Shown here: positions 26,412-35,415 of the stretch, piece by piece
How the letters are laid out: the number at the start of each line of letters is the position of its first letter
Position numbering within the stretch: position 1 is the stretch's first letter
Virus record (IMG/VR): IMGVR_UViG_3300033067_000342
Coordinates: 1 to 42,999 of that record
Direction: 5' to 3' (one strand)
DNA: 42,999 nt
From: a virus
Taxonomy: Duplodnaviria > Caudoviricetes
Notes under the pieces: model-generated
What the model saw: only the letters and a program-made list of their open reading frames with translations
Database searches by the model: none
Told to the model about the DNA's origin: nothing
Program-made: the position numbers and the translations under genes

Positions 26412-26892
26412 AGTCCCCAAGATTGGTACTCTCGAACCACTGGAAGGCGTCTTCTGGTCGACTGGCGATCTGCTCGACTTCTGTTCGCAACACGGCATTG
26501 TCACACTCCTTAATTCTTTCGTGGTAGTACTCTGGGTCTTTGAGTCCAAGCTTCTCATGCACAATCCTGAGGATGGGCTCCTCGTATTTTGCAATTCCAA
26601 ATAGACGCTTATAGGGTCTTGGCATGTCACTAAGGTAAGCTTCTCCATCATCGTGATGAAGTGCTGCAAGGGCCAGTTCGTGATCCCCATAACGCTCCAG
26701 TGCGCAGTCGCTCACGTACGATGCGTGCTCGGCTACGCTGTAAAAACGGTGGCAGTGACCTGCGTATCGACACACCATCGACAGTGCGTGAGCGATGTCC
26801 TGCAGTGACACAAGCTCTGGGTCTGGGTCAAACGGATTGAACAAAACTCCAGAGTACACCCGGATTGCTGGCAGTACACTACACCCGTCCAT
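26320..26892 (-). CDS. HD-superfamily 5'-deoxynucleotidase (YfbR/YfdR-like)
   Basis: DIAHALS..CRYAGH..FYSVAEH, ALHHDDGEAYLSDMPRPYK. Confidence 0.85.
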   Translation of the reverse strand: MDGCSVLPAIRVYSGVLFNPFDPDPELVSLQDIAHALSMVCRYAGHCHRFYSVAEHASYVSDCALERYGDHELALAALHHDDGEAYLSDMPRPYKRLFGIAKYEEPILRIVHEKLGLKDPEYYHERIKECDNAVLRTEVEQIASRPEDAFQWFESTNLGDFERWEGNILGVEPGRALDMYRSRDRELRRL

Positions 26893-27937
26893 ACAGCCCT
26901 CGCCTTGGATGAGTCACGCTGCCGGAATGCGACCAGCGGTTATTGTAGTAACCCTCGTTGTAATAGCAGAAGAACTCGACCTTACACGATGTAATCGCGC
27001 CGGTCTTTGCGTCTTGAGTCAGTTCGCAAATTCCACCACCAACATGAGCGTCGATGCCCTTCTTACGCATAAACGGAGTTTGATCTTGCGTTGTCCCAGA
27101 CTGGATGGCGTGAACATTTCGGATCACGTTATAACTCAGCTTATGGTAGTGGCCAATTAGCAGAACTCCCGGCTTCTCACCACCATTCAGAGACTCTACA
27201 ATTTTTTGTGGTCTGTACGAAAAACTATACGCCGAACCACCGCCAGGGTGCATCATCAGCAGCTTGGCTGTTTTGCCGGAGTCTCGATGAACCAAGTTCA
27301 TGTAAGACTCCATGTATCCAGTATCAACCCAGTCATTGCGACCTGAATCGATAAAAGCGTTCTCTGCAAACTTTCCTACGTCAACACCCCATGTGGCACT
27401 CGCCCACCCTTCATGATCGTCGCCAGCAACGGCATACGTCTTAATGCCAGCTCGCTGCGGATACAAGTCGACGAGCGCACCGATCTGGTTGTCGAGTCCG
27501 TGATACAACAAATCGTGCTTGTTAAACCGAGCCTCTCCATCGATCCAGTTCCCGCAGTTAATGACGCGATCAACCTTCTGCTCAGCGAACTTGTCGTACA
27601 AGTCCTCAAGTACGTCAATGCGTGAGTACTTGCTAGCAATGTGCTGGTCGCTTGAGAAGCCAAACTTGTACTTGCCGTCCGCACGGCTCTTGTACTCGAA
27701 CTCGTACTTCCCAGGCTGCTGGTCGCTGTCTATGTAATAGTTACCGCCACGCTCGCTCACCAAGTACCCCGACTTGATGAGCGACTTGATCGCAACTGCT
27801 ACCGAGCGTTTGCCAGCGCGGAGCGATTCCGCGATTTCGTCTTGACCGATTCCTTTGCCTTTGCGGCCTTTGAGGACTTTAAGCACTTGGTCTGGCGTTG
27901 CTTGCTTGCGTTCTGTAAGCTTGCGATCAATCGACAT
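26879..27937 (-). CDS. Winged-HTH plus calcineurin-like metallophosphoesterase
   Basis: N-terminal HTH (QDEIAESL...IKSLIKSGY); SDQH, CGNWIDG, GDDHE, HPGGG and GHYH motifs. Confidence 0.8.
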   Translation of the reverse strand: MSIDRKLTERKQATPDQVLKVLKGRKGKGIGQDEIAESLRAGKRSVAVAIKSLIKSGYLVSERGGNYYIDSDQQPGKYEFEYKSRADGKYKFGFSSDQHIASKYSRIDVLEDLYDKFAEQKVDRVINCGNWIDGEARFNKHDLLYHGLDNQIGALVDLYPQRAGIKTYAVAGDDHEGWASATWGVDVGKFAENAFIDSGRNDWVDTGYMESYMNLVHRDSGKTAKLLMMHPGGGSAYSFSYRPQKIVESLNGGEKPGVLLIGHYHKLSYNVIRNVHAIQSGTTQDQTPFMRKKGIDAHVGGGICELTQDAKTGAITSCKVEFFCYYNEGYYNNRWSHSGSVTHPRRGLYGRV

Positions 27938-28152
27938 GCCTTAGCTCCTAACCAGTTTCGGAATGTAGGTAGAGGTACTTTTACGTTCGGGCACTCTTCC
28001 ATGACCGCATCGAATACATCGCGTGCCGTTGCCGGGCCGTACTTGCCGTTCTGCCACTTCTTTCGCACCGTGATAAGCTCTGAGTACTTCTCGTCGCTGA
28101 TCTGCTTGAACAAGTTAGCTTTCTGCGCCCAGTCCATTGACCGATAGTCCAT
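27799..28152 (-). CDS. Hypothetical protein, possible HTH
   Basis: ATG 28152 preceded by GGAG; PLPTFRNWL; 3' end overlaps the next gene. Confidence 0.45.
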   Translation of the reverse strand: MDYRSMDWAQKANLFKQISDEKYSELITVRKKWQNGKYGPATARDVFDAVMEECPNVKVPLPTFRNWLGAKACRLIASLQNASKQRQTKCLKSSKAAKAKESVKTKSRNRSALANAR

Positions 28153-28951
28153 TTTCAATCTCCTGAAGTCGTTGTCTTGTGATCTCACATTGAGACTCAC
28201 GGAAGTCAAAACCAATTGCGTTGCGGTTATTTTTCAACGCGACCGCCAGCGTTGTGCCAGAACCGCAGAACGGATCGAGTACCGTGCCGCCCTCCGGGCA
28301 ATTTGGTAGCAGCAAATATTCTACCAGTGACTCTGGGAATGGCGCTTCGTTTCCGTGGGCGAGCTTAGAGCCCATGTGACCGCCGCCAACAGTAGCGTAC
28401 ACAACGTCGCCGGGTAGCGCGAGATCAGTTGAAGGATAGTCTCCACCGCGGCGACGAGCTCCATTCGCATCTCGCTGTTGCCAGCGACCTCCGTTTTTGT
28501 ATCGTGGCGGAACTGCCACTTGTCGCCAATCAAAGATCGGCCTGCTGTCCATGTTGCTGAATGCGTAGCACATCTCGTGCTTATTGCTATACCATTGGCC
28601 CTTGCGACTCGGTGTTGCGTTCTTCTCCCACACCACTGGGCGCTCGACGCAAATGTTTTTCTTCCAGGCTTCCACTAACAGTTGTTCGCAGAACGGCTCG
28701 TACAGCCCTTCTTTGACTGACGAGTTGATAACCCAGATAACCCAGCCACGACTGACGCGACACGCTTCTGTCGTATAGTCGAGCATCGTATTAAGCCACG
28801 AATCGTCCGTAAACCCAGGGCACGGCTCGGCCTGATACCGACTGCACTTTCCTGGATATGGCGGCGAGCCGAGCACAAGATCAACACTTCGCGACTTCAT
28901 TCCAATCATCGCTCCAAGCGAGTCTGAGCAGATAACAGTTGCTTCAGGCAT
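28115..28951 (-). CDS. Orphan DNA methyltransferase, N4/N6 beta class
   Basis: SPPY catalytic motif N-terminal; APFPESL; VLDPFCGSGTT SAM-binding motif C-terminal. Confidence 0.9.
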   Translation of the reverse strand: MPEATVICSDSLGAMIGMKSRSVDLVLGSPPYPGKCSRYQAEPCPGFTDDSWLNTMLDYTTEACRVSRGWVIWVINSSVKEGLYEPFCEQLLVEAWKKNICVERPVVWEKNATPSRKGQWYSNKHEMCYAFSNMDSRPIFDWRQVAVPPRYKNGGRWQQRDANGARRRGGDYPSTDLALPGDVVYATVGGGHMGSKLAHGNEAPFPESLVEYLLLPNCPEGGTVLDPFCGSGTTLAVALKNNRNAIGFDFRESQCEITRQRLQEIENGLSVNGLGAES

Positions 28952-29211
28952 TTGTCAACTCCATCCTTTCCATAGGCTATGTCAGCAAAACCACCAGCCG
29001 CGCGCATCTGCTCAATCGTCTGCTCTTGCAGCAGTGTCGGCTTTCCGTCGTCCGTCTTTAGCTCAATCCCAAACCCAAGTCCGCGATATATTCCGAGTAT
29101 GTCAGGGATACCGGCAGTCTGAAATGGACCTCCGTGAACCTTAAAGTACCAAATGCCAGATTGCTGGTCAAGTACCGTCTTCGCATACGCCAGAACTCTC
29201 TTCTCCAACAC
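28906..29211 (-). CDS. VRR-NUC domain nuclease
   Basis: AGIPDIL...GIELKT..GKPTLLQ PD-(D/E)xK signature. Confidence 0.85.
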   Translation of the reverse strand: MLEKRVLAYAKTVLDQQSGIWYFKVHGGPFQTAGIPDILGIYRGLGFGIELKTDDGKPTLLQEQTIEQMRAAGGFADIAYGKDGVDKCLKQLLSAQTRLER

Positions 29212-29377
29212 AGAGGCCGTTCCTTATCTCGCGAAACGTCTTGCCGACTTCAGCGCGTTTTTCGCACTGCTCGTCAGTGAGACCATCGTATTTCGCAATC
29301 ATGCGGCCATAACCAGGAATCTCAATCGCAACAATCGGTCCTGGCCTAGCTTCCAGTGCTTTCTTTAGAATGCTCAT
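29168..29377 (-). CDS. Hypothetical protein
   Basis: 69 aa; ATGA coupling to the upstream gene. Confidence 0.45.
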   Translation of the reverse strand: MSILKKALEARPGPIVAIEIPGYGRMIAKYDGLTDEQCEKRAEVGKTFREIRNGLCVGEESSGVCEDGT

Positions 29378-30063
29378 TTTAGCACCAAGTGAAAACCCTT
29401 TCGCATCGCGGCACCGGCCACGAGCGGTACGGGAAGATACGAACAGTCTGGACCGCCAGAACCAATTCCACGAACGTACTCGTACATCGAGAACGGGCTT
29501 GGATTAACCTCTCGCAACTCAGCCTCGTGCTCGAACAAGTCAGTCCACCACCGCTTCTCTTGCAGTGTAGCATGATAGTCAACGCCGTCAACCGTGTCTT
29601 GGAATTGCGACACTGACGCGACAAAAATTCCACCTGGAGCTAGGTGATTGACAATGTTGATCGCAAGGCGGCGAAGCTGCCTTTCGTCAAGATGCTCCAA
29701 TACTTCCCAGGCTGAAATGACATCGAACTGAACCCGCTGGTCCAGCGAGTCCACAATCGAGAACTCCTCTCCGATGTCGGCGGTGAATAGATTGTCTGGA
29801 ATGCAAGCCCACGCCGCTCGCTTGTAATTCTTCGAGAAGTCAGAACCTTCAATGCCATAGGCAGTGTGACCGCGACGGATGAAGTCATGCACCTGACCTC
29901 CGCCAGCGCAGCCAAGATCGAGATACCGTACCTTGCGACCGTAGATTCGTTCGCATGCCGCAGTAAAGAATGGCCACGTCGTGTTGTCGTCCTTGGTTCC
30001 GCGCGGAGCCAAGTGGTCGACTGACAGTGATGCAACCGGGTGTGCTGTAATTACGCTTACCAT
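29374..30063 (-). CDS. Class I SAM-dependent methyltransferase (small-molecule/glycan type)
   Basis: YLDLGCAGG, AYGIEGS, FDVISAWEVLEHL, LAPGGIFV; start ATG 30063. Confidence 0.85.
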   Translation of the reverse strand: MVSVITAHPVASLSVDHLAPRGTKDDNTTWPFFTAACERIYGRKVRYLDLGCAGGGQVHDFIRRGHTAYGIEGSDFSKNYKRAAWACIPDNLFTADIGEEFSIVDSLDQRVQFDVISAWEVLEHLDERQLRRLAINIVNHLAPGGIFVASVSQFQDTVDGVDYHATLQEKRWWTDLFEHEAELREVNPSPFSMYEYVRGIGSGGPDCSYLPVPLVAGAAMRKGFHLVLK

Positions 30064-32477
30064 TCTACTCGCATCCTGTTTGATGGTGATGTCAAGATGA
30101 GTTCCCGCTTCGCGCGAGTCATGCCGACGTACATTGTTCGATAGATCGAATCCCGGAACCGAACGTCTCCGATGCACTCCCATCCGCTAGCGGATAGGTC
30201 TGGGCACAGGAACACCGAATCAGCCTCTCCACCCTTGCACGAGTGGATCGTTCCGACCGTCAGCTTCGGTGGTTCAAGGATTGCCGGGAATCCGCCTCGA
30301 TTGATGATCTCGCGGATATATCCGATCAGTCCAACCTTTGCATTATTAGCCTTGCTCTCAAAGTAGTCAAGGTCACAATTCGACAATTTGTCGATTTCTT
30401 CTGGATCGAACAAGTCAACGATATCATCTGCTGTCACTAGCGTGTCAGGCCACTCGCTAGCGCAAACGTCGATGCGCGACTTCTTGCCGCGAACCAGCAG
30501 GCCGTTGGCATTGCACACATCCGTCCAGTGCTGCAACTCGCTCCATGTCCACATGCGGGCTTTGTCGCCGTACACGTGCTCGTTCGGTCGCAGGTACTCC
30601 TGTACTCGCTGCAGCAGGCCGACGCCCTTCGGTGGATGAAGCGGGTTGAACTGCGGACGCTCTGCAGCGTATCGGTTCCAGTACGGAATGCCAGCGCCGC
30701 GAAGCGCCGAGCACAGTGGTTGAGCCATGTACGCGCAGGCATACAGACACATGACCGACAGTCCGCCTGACAATCGCTGCTCGATCTGTTCCATCAACTG
30801 GTTCAACCCATACCGCATCCCATAACCGGCCCAGCTACACTCGCCGTCGACTTCAGTCGGTTCGTACTTAACGTCAAGACGACGCTTTACTCGGCGAATC
30901 ATGCGCAGCGCCTCAGAGTGGACCGCCTTCGGCACGCGGTAACTCTGAGACAAAACCTTCATGTTCTCTTCTGGAATCTCGGCGGCATAGAAGCTATCTG
31001 GGTCAGCGCCACGGAAATAGAAGATCGCCTGATCGGTGTCTCCGACCATAATGAGCTTCTTGGCGTGGCGAGCCCATCGGCGCACGAGTCGAAACTCAGA
31101 CGCCGTGCAGTCCTGCGCCTCGTCGACCAAGATCGTAGATGGACAATTAGGCGCAGTGGTGTTGTCTCGATATGCGTTCTCGATCAGGTCTTCGTAGTCC
31201 ATCGAGCCAGTCTCTCGCTTCCACGATTCATACTCGCTAGCGAACTCAAGCAAGCTGGCTGGCCACTCGTCTCGCGGAGTCAAGCGACAGCGAGCCAAGT
31301 TGTACTCAGACAAGATAGCGTCACCGCGACTGGCGAGTTCATCATCATCGCCTTTAATGCGATACTCCGGGCGAGCGCGCGAGTTCCACTCCTTCAGTGA
31401 CTTCGAGTCGACGCACATCTTTGGCGATCCGAGTGCGCGAAACGCATGGGAGTGCAGCGTGCCAACCTGCTCGTCGCCAATCATGGTGTCGCGACCACGA
31501 ACCTCGGCGGCTGCCGTGCGAGTAAGCGACGACACAAGAACCGACTGGCATTGATCCGGCTGCAGTCCGGTCGCTTCGCACCATGCGTTTACGCGAGCCT
31601 TGACTTGACCGCTCAAGTAAGTGGTCTTACCGCAGTTGTGAACCACGATGCCGTTGGCAAGGAAGTTTCCCTCTCCGCCATCTGACACAACCGACACATC
31701 GTATGTATCCACTATGCCAGCACTATCAATCGACAGGACTCTGAAGATTCCACTCTTGGCCGTCACCCTGCGCCAACCGCCTTCGAGGCCATGTAGTCGC
31801 GAATGATTCGATTGCGACTCAACAACCTCAAGGTTTGATATGACGTTGTTCTTGTGATCTCTGTCGATGTGATGGACGACATGGGTCGATGAAAGATACT
31901 CTGGCGAGTCTGGAATTCCAGAGCCAGAGCGATGCGAATCAATCCACCGCGAAAGCGTAGTTCCGTTTCTATAAGCCTCGACAGCAAGTCTGCTCTCAAG
32001 AACTGCGTATCGCCTGCTGTTCCTCTTAGTTGCAAGCGGATGGAATCGCAAGCCCTCGACGTACTTATAGTCAGGCTTCTTGAAATCCGCTCCGCTGGAA
32101 ACGCCAGCATCGGCATGTATAAACTGACCCTTGCGAAGCGAGCCAGCCTCGCACCAGCCATCGTCCGAAAGAACCAAGTGATCTTCGGTTAGCGAAACCG
32201 AGCGACCATCGATCAGCCGCAAAAGCAAGCATGGCTTCGCGCCACTGAATACAACATTACTGACAGTGCGCAGTACAATGCTGCCAGTGCAGTCTCGACT
32301 GCGAATCTTAGTTGGCCATGACAAGTCCCATCCGTACTTTACGGACTTGCCGTTAAATCCATCGTACAGCTTTTCAAGTGTCGTCTTGAAGCTCTTTCGA
32401 CAGCGATTGATCTCAACGATAGCGTCTCCAGACACGCAGCCTGGAGGGCCAACTACTCGATACTCATTGCATTCCAT
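30057..32477 (-). CDS. UvrD/Rep SF1 helicase containing an intein
   Basis: GPPG|CGKTT, LVDEAQD, VGDTDQAIFYFRGA, LSQSYR, TIHSCKGGEAD, YVGMTRAK. Confidence 0.9.
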   Translation of the reverse strand: MECNEYRVVGPPGCVSGDAIVEINRCRKSFKTTLEKLYDGFNGKSVKYGWDLSWPTKIRSRDCTGSIVLRTVSNVVFSGAKPCLLLRLIDGRSVSLTEDHLVLSDDGWCEAGSLRKGQFIHADAGVSSGADFKKPDYKYVEGLRFHPLATKRNSRRYAVLESRLAVEAYRNGTTLSRWIDSHRSGSGIPDSPEYLSSTHVVHHIDRDHKNNVISNLEVVESQSNHSRLHGLEGGWRRVTAKSGIFRVLSIDSAGIVDTYDVSVVSDGGEGNFLANGIVVHNCGKTTYLSGQVKARVNAWCEATGLQPDQCQSVLVSSLTRTAAAEVRGRDTMIGDEQVGTLHSHAFRALGSPKMCVDSKSLKEWNSRARPEYRIKGDDDELASRGDAILSEYNLARCRLTPRDEWPASLLEFASEYESWKRETGSMDYEDLIENAYRDNTTAPNCPSTILVDEAQDCTASEFRLVRRWARHAKKLIMVGDTDQAIFYFRGADPDSFYAAEIPEENMKVLSQSYRVPKAVHSEALRMIRRVKRRLDVKYEPTEVDGECSWAGYGMRYGLNQLMEQIEQRLSGGLSVMCLYACAYMAQPLCSALRGAGIPYWNRYAAERPQFNPLHPPKGVGLLQRVQEYLRPNEHVYGDKARMWTWSELQHWTDVCNANGLLVRGKKSRIDVCASEWPDTLVTADDIVDLFDPEEIDKLSNCDLDYFESKANNAKVGLIGYIREIINRGGFPAILEPPKLTVGTIHSCKGGEADSVFLCPDLSASGWECIGDVRFRDSIYRTMYVGMTRAKRELILTSPSNRMRVEW
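31635..32438 (-). mobile_element. Class 1 intein (268 aa) with HNH endonuclease in the UvrD helicase
   Basis: Starts CVSGDAIV; block B LTEDHLV; HNH motif VHHIDRDHKNNVISNL...NHSRLH; ends FLANGIVVHN|C. Confidence 0.88.
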
Positions 32478-32652
32478 CGCGAACCTCCTTGATAAATCCT
32501 AGTCGCAGCCAGATGTCGATGACCTTGTTCGTCGCCATTGAGCGATACTCGCCAGAGCCGCGACGATTGCAGATCAAATGCCCATCATCGCCTTTTCGGT
32601 AGTAGTCGCCATACTTTGAGACGTACCACTCAGTGTCAAACAGCGCCTTCAT
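32464..32652 (-). CDS. Small MKALFD-tagged protein
   Basis: 62 aa; resembles the neighbouring gene (G.G...K.ID.W.R.G). Confidence 0.6.
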   Translation of the reverse strand: MKALFDTEWYVSKYGDYYRKGDDGHLICNRRGSGEYRSMATNKVIDIWLRLGFIKEVRDGMQ

Positions 32653-32827
32653 GTCTTACGATCCCTCTGCGAATCCAGTCGTCAATGGCCTTCTGGCCAC
32701 CGCAAGTGTAGTAAACTACCTGCTTCCCGCTTCCATAAAAAATCATAATCAGTTGATCGTCTTTGTCAACATAGAACAGGTCATCCGTGAAATTGTCAAT
32801 GTACCGCTCGTCAAATAAGGTCTTCAC
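32636..32827 (-). CDS. Small (M)KTLFD-tagged protein
   Basis: GTG 32827 preceded by GAGG; ends HEGAV* in the junction motif. Confidence 0.6.
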   Translation of the reverse strand: MKTLFDERYIDNFTDDLFYVDKDDQLIMIFYGSGKQVVYYTCGGQKAIDDWIRRGIVRHEGAV

Positions 32828-33023
32828 GAACACCTCGCCTTCTTGCTTCGTCTGCAGTGATCTCGACGGCACCCCAGTTCTTGCAGAGGGCGTCGAACAG
32901 TTTGTCGCTGTAGTGTCGATGGACTGCTATGCCATCTTGATCTACCAGCAAACTGCCCCGAAGAACGTAAGTTGATCCGGCAGTTGTCATGTACCGCACT
33001 TCGGCGTCAAACAGCGTTTTCAT
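32811..33023 (-). CDS. Small MKTLFD-tagged protein
   Basis: ATG 33023 preceded by GGAG; ends REDLI* in the junction motif. Confidence 0.6.
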   Translation of the reverse strand: MKTLFDAEVRYMTTAGSTYVLRGSLLVDQDGIAVHRHYSDKLFDALCKNWGAVEITADEARRRGVREDLI

Positions 33024-34653
33024 CTTCAATCTCCATGATTGCATCTCTCTTGATCTTCCATGCACTGGTTGTCATGCGCCGACCACCAGAGCTTCGCGAG
33101 TGTACCGCATGCCTCTCAAAACCAAGCGAGCGAATCGCGTCGATAAAGTCGCATCGCTTCCACTTGCTTCCGAGGTGCATGTTCACGTATCGGATAACGT
33201 GCGATGGGTTAATATACAGGTCTCCCTCAACAATGGAAGCCCTTCCTTCGCCGAAATCGTCGTGAATCGAACTGCCGTACCGCTGCTTGATGACGTACTC
33301 AATGATGTCACTCTTAGCAGCACCGGCTCTCGTTGTTTCTGGAGTATCCACTATCTCGACGATCTTTGCAAGCCCCCTGCATATCCCCGCCCACTTGTCG
33401 CCGTCGAACATTCGGATCAGCTTGCCAGTCGCTGAGTACACGCGACGACGAAGCTGGCGGCAGTTGTCGATCACCTCAGCCTCGCCACCCACGCGAATCT
33501 GCGTTCCGTCCTCAAGCACCATCGTATAGATTGGTTCTTCTCGACCAACCTGAATCCAACGGACAATTGGCAACTCCAGCGCAGCAGCCAAGTCCTCCAC
33601 TGTCTTCTTGCTCGACTCGGCAACCGTTGGGTTATCGGTGTCAGTATCGCACGAGTCAGTCGCGAGTCGCTGCACAGCCTCGACAGCCTCTGCACCCTTG
33701 CGCACAAATGCAATTGTCCGTCCGATGTAATTGCCGTACTTCGAGTCGCGGCGAAACAGCTTGTCCTCTGTGCCTGGAAAATGAACTCGGCGAAACGCTG
33801 CCATCGCGTCCGCAATGTCTTGATCGGTGAATCCGCTAGCTGCCATCTGAGATGCAACTGACGCATCGTACTCCGACGCTGACGGCATCTGGCGACGACG
33901 CAACCACACATCGGCGAACGCTTTTGAGTTCTCGCACATTGCCTCGATTCGCTCTTTGAGCGATGCGTTTAGCGTAAAGTCCGGCGTCTGGAATGACGGA
34001 GTATAATCGTCGCGAGGCACCGAAACGTGCTCGATAAACTCCATGAAGTCATCAACACAGTACGCCCGCCCGCTGTCTTCGATGACACTGACGACAGTTC
34101 CGTTCTTATGCAAGCTCCCTGGCAGGCGGAGCATGCGGCTAACGTCATGAACGCTGTCAATGTCGTAGTCGCCGTGACGGCGAAGACGCTGGCGATAAAG
34201 CTCGATCCACGGCTTAATCAGCGTCTCTTCGATCTCCTGTTGACGACCAGTTACGTCAAGAGGTTCCTTCAGCATCCAGTACACATGCAGGCCACCGCCA
34301 GTCGACACTGCTAGCGAATGCCGTAAAGGCATCGATAACAGCGCCGACTGTGCGGCGTCCTGAGGCGGGTATTTCTTAGCGGACCCAACTTTCGGGAAAT
34401 CAATGTCTGCCCACAAGAAACAAATCTTGCTGACCGATTCTTTATTCCCTCGCTCGCCATCATTCAGCCGGTCATCACGGATGCCGACATTGTAGTAGAC
34501 CTGCTTTTGATGCCTAGCGATAAAGTCCTGGGCCAAGTGCCAAGAGCCGACAGCAACGTGTGCGGTCGTCGGTCGGCCACCCTCAACAATGTGTGTGAGT
34601 GTTGTCCAGCCATCTTCTACTCCGCCGAAGATTCTCTCAAGAAAACAACTCAC
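33007..34653 (-). CDS. AEP-family (RepB-like) DNA primase
   Basis: LWADIDF, STGGGLHVYW, DVSRMLRLPGS; C-terminal helical SEYD...YIGRTI domain. Confidence 0.8.
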   Translation of the reverse strand: MSCFLERIFGGVEDGWTTLTHIVEGGRPTTAHVAVGSWHLAQDFIARHQKQVYYNVGIRDDRLNDGERGNKESVSKICFLWADIDFPKVGSAKKYPPQDAAQSALLSMPLRHSLAVSTGGGLHVYWMLKEPLDVTGRQQEIEETLIKPWIELYRQRLRRHGDYDIDSVHDVSRMLRLPGSLHKNGTVVSVIEDSGRAYCVDDFMEFIEHVSVPRDDYTPSFQTPDFTLNASLKERIEAMCENSKAFADVWLRRRQMPSASEYDASVASQMAASGFTDQDIADAMAAFRRVHFPGTEDKLFRRDSKYGNYIGRTIAFVRKGAEAVEAVQRLATDSCDTDTDNPTVAESSKKTVEDLAAALELPIVRWIQVGREEPIYTMVLEDGTQIRVGGEAEVIDNCRQLRRRVYSATGKLIRMFDGDKWAGICRGLAKIVEIVDTPETTRAGAAKSDIIEYVIKQRYGSSIHDDFGEGRASIVEGDLYINPSHVIRYVNMHLGSKWKRCDFIDAIRSLGFERHAVHSRSSGGRRMTTSAWKIKRDAIMEIEDENAV

Positions 34654-34663
34654 AAGCTAGCTC

Positions 34664-35413
34664 CTATCGATCAACCTGACTCTTGTCGAACAGATCACCG
34701 AAGATTGATCGGTACTCGTCGAGACCCTTCACGGCATCTGGCGACAACTTACCGATGAACTCAGGAACAATCTGCGAGTACCCGACACCAGTGCTGCTCT
34801 CCTCCTTCTTCAGCGTAAGCCGAATGAAAGAGTTTCGCAAGGTGGCTGGCACCTGAGAAAGCTGCTTGCGGAACTTGTCCCACACCGACAGCGATCCCGT
34901 CGACACTTCCATCTTCAGCGGCAGGATGGAATTCTCCGGCAAGAAGAACACGATCTCTCGCTCTTGACAACGCTTGCCCTTGCCTTGGCGACCGTCATCG
35001 TGGACTGCACTACCCCATTCATTGAACGGACAGCCAGAACACTTGCCGTCTTTTCCGCCCGGCATGCCAGCTTCTAGCAAGTCGTCAGGCACGCCGTCTT
35101 CGCGAATCTCGCCGTTCACACAGTCGTCGCTCGAACATACAGGTCGTTCACCGCTGCCAATCGCCTTATTACCCCAAAGGATACGCCGACGACCAGAGTA
35201 GACAACAACACCCGACAGTTCGCGGACATACTCGGGGCCACTTGGCCCACTTATCTCCCACGCCTGCTGACCGCCCGATGGCGTCTTGACTCGAATTAAG
35301 TCCGACTCGTTAACCGGCGAGTACCGGGAGTTTTCCCGCAGAGCCTCGACCTGCTCACTAGCCTTATTGAAGGCTGCGATTCGACCCGGCTCAATCAATG
35401 CAATAGCACCCAT
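34664..35413 (-). CDS. Phage single-stranded DNA-binding protein
   Basis: RVKTPSGG, PVCSSDD, CSGCPFNEWGS, GKGKRC; position in the replication module. Confidence 0.65.
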   Translation of the reverse strand: MGAIALIEPGRIAAFNKASEQVEALRENSRYSPVNESDLIRVKTPSGGQQAWEISGPSGPEYVRELSGVVVYSGRRRILWGNKAIGSGERPVCSSDDCVNGEIREDGVPDDLLEAGMPGGKDGKCSGCPFNEWGSAVHDDGRQGKGKRCQEREIVFFLPENSILPLKMEVSTGSLSVWDKFRKQLSQVPATLRNSFIRLTLKKEESSTGVGYSQIVPEFIGKLSPDAVKGLDEYRSIFGDLFDKSQVDR

Positions 35414-35415
35414 AC

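Larger units (their letters stand above)
22196..33023 (-). repeat. Dispersed 17-nt stop/start junction motif RTGAARRCSYTRTTTGA (6 copies)
   Basis: Copies at 22196-22212, 25255-25271, 25553-25569, 32636-32652, 32811-32827 and 33007-33023. Confidence 0.85.

Noticed and set aside
25896-26892. Z-genome (2-aminoadenine) pathway suggested by the HD hydrolase and dATP/dGTP hydrolase
   Set aside because: No PurZ/PurA-like gene or DNA polymerase is in the window, and both families are common in ordinary phages.
22196-33023. Junction motif as a CRISPR array or integron attC
   Set aside because: Copies are dispersed, 17 nt long and non-palindromic, separated by whole genes; no cas or integrase gene is seen.
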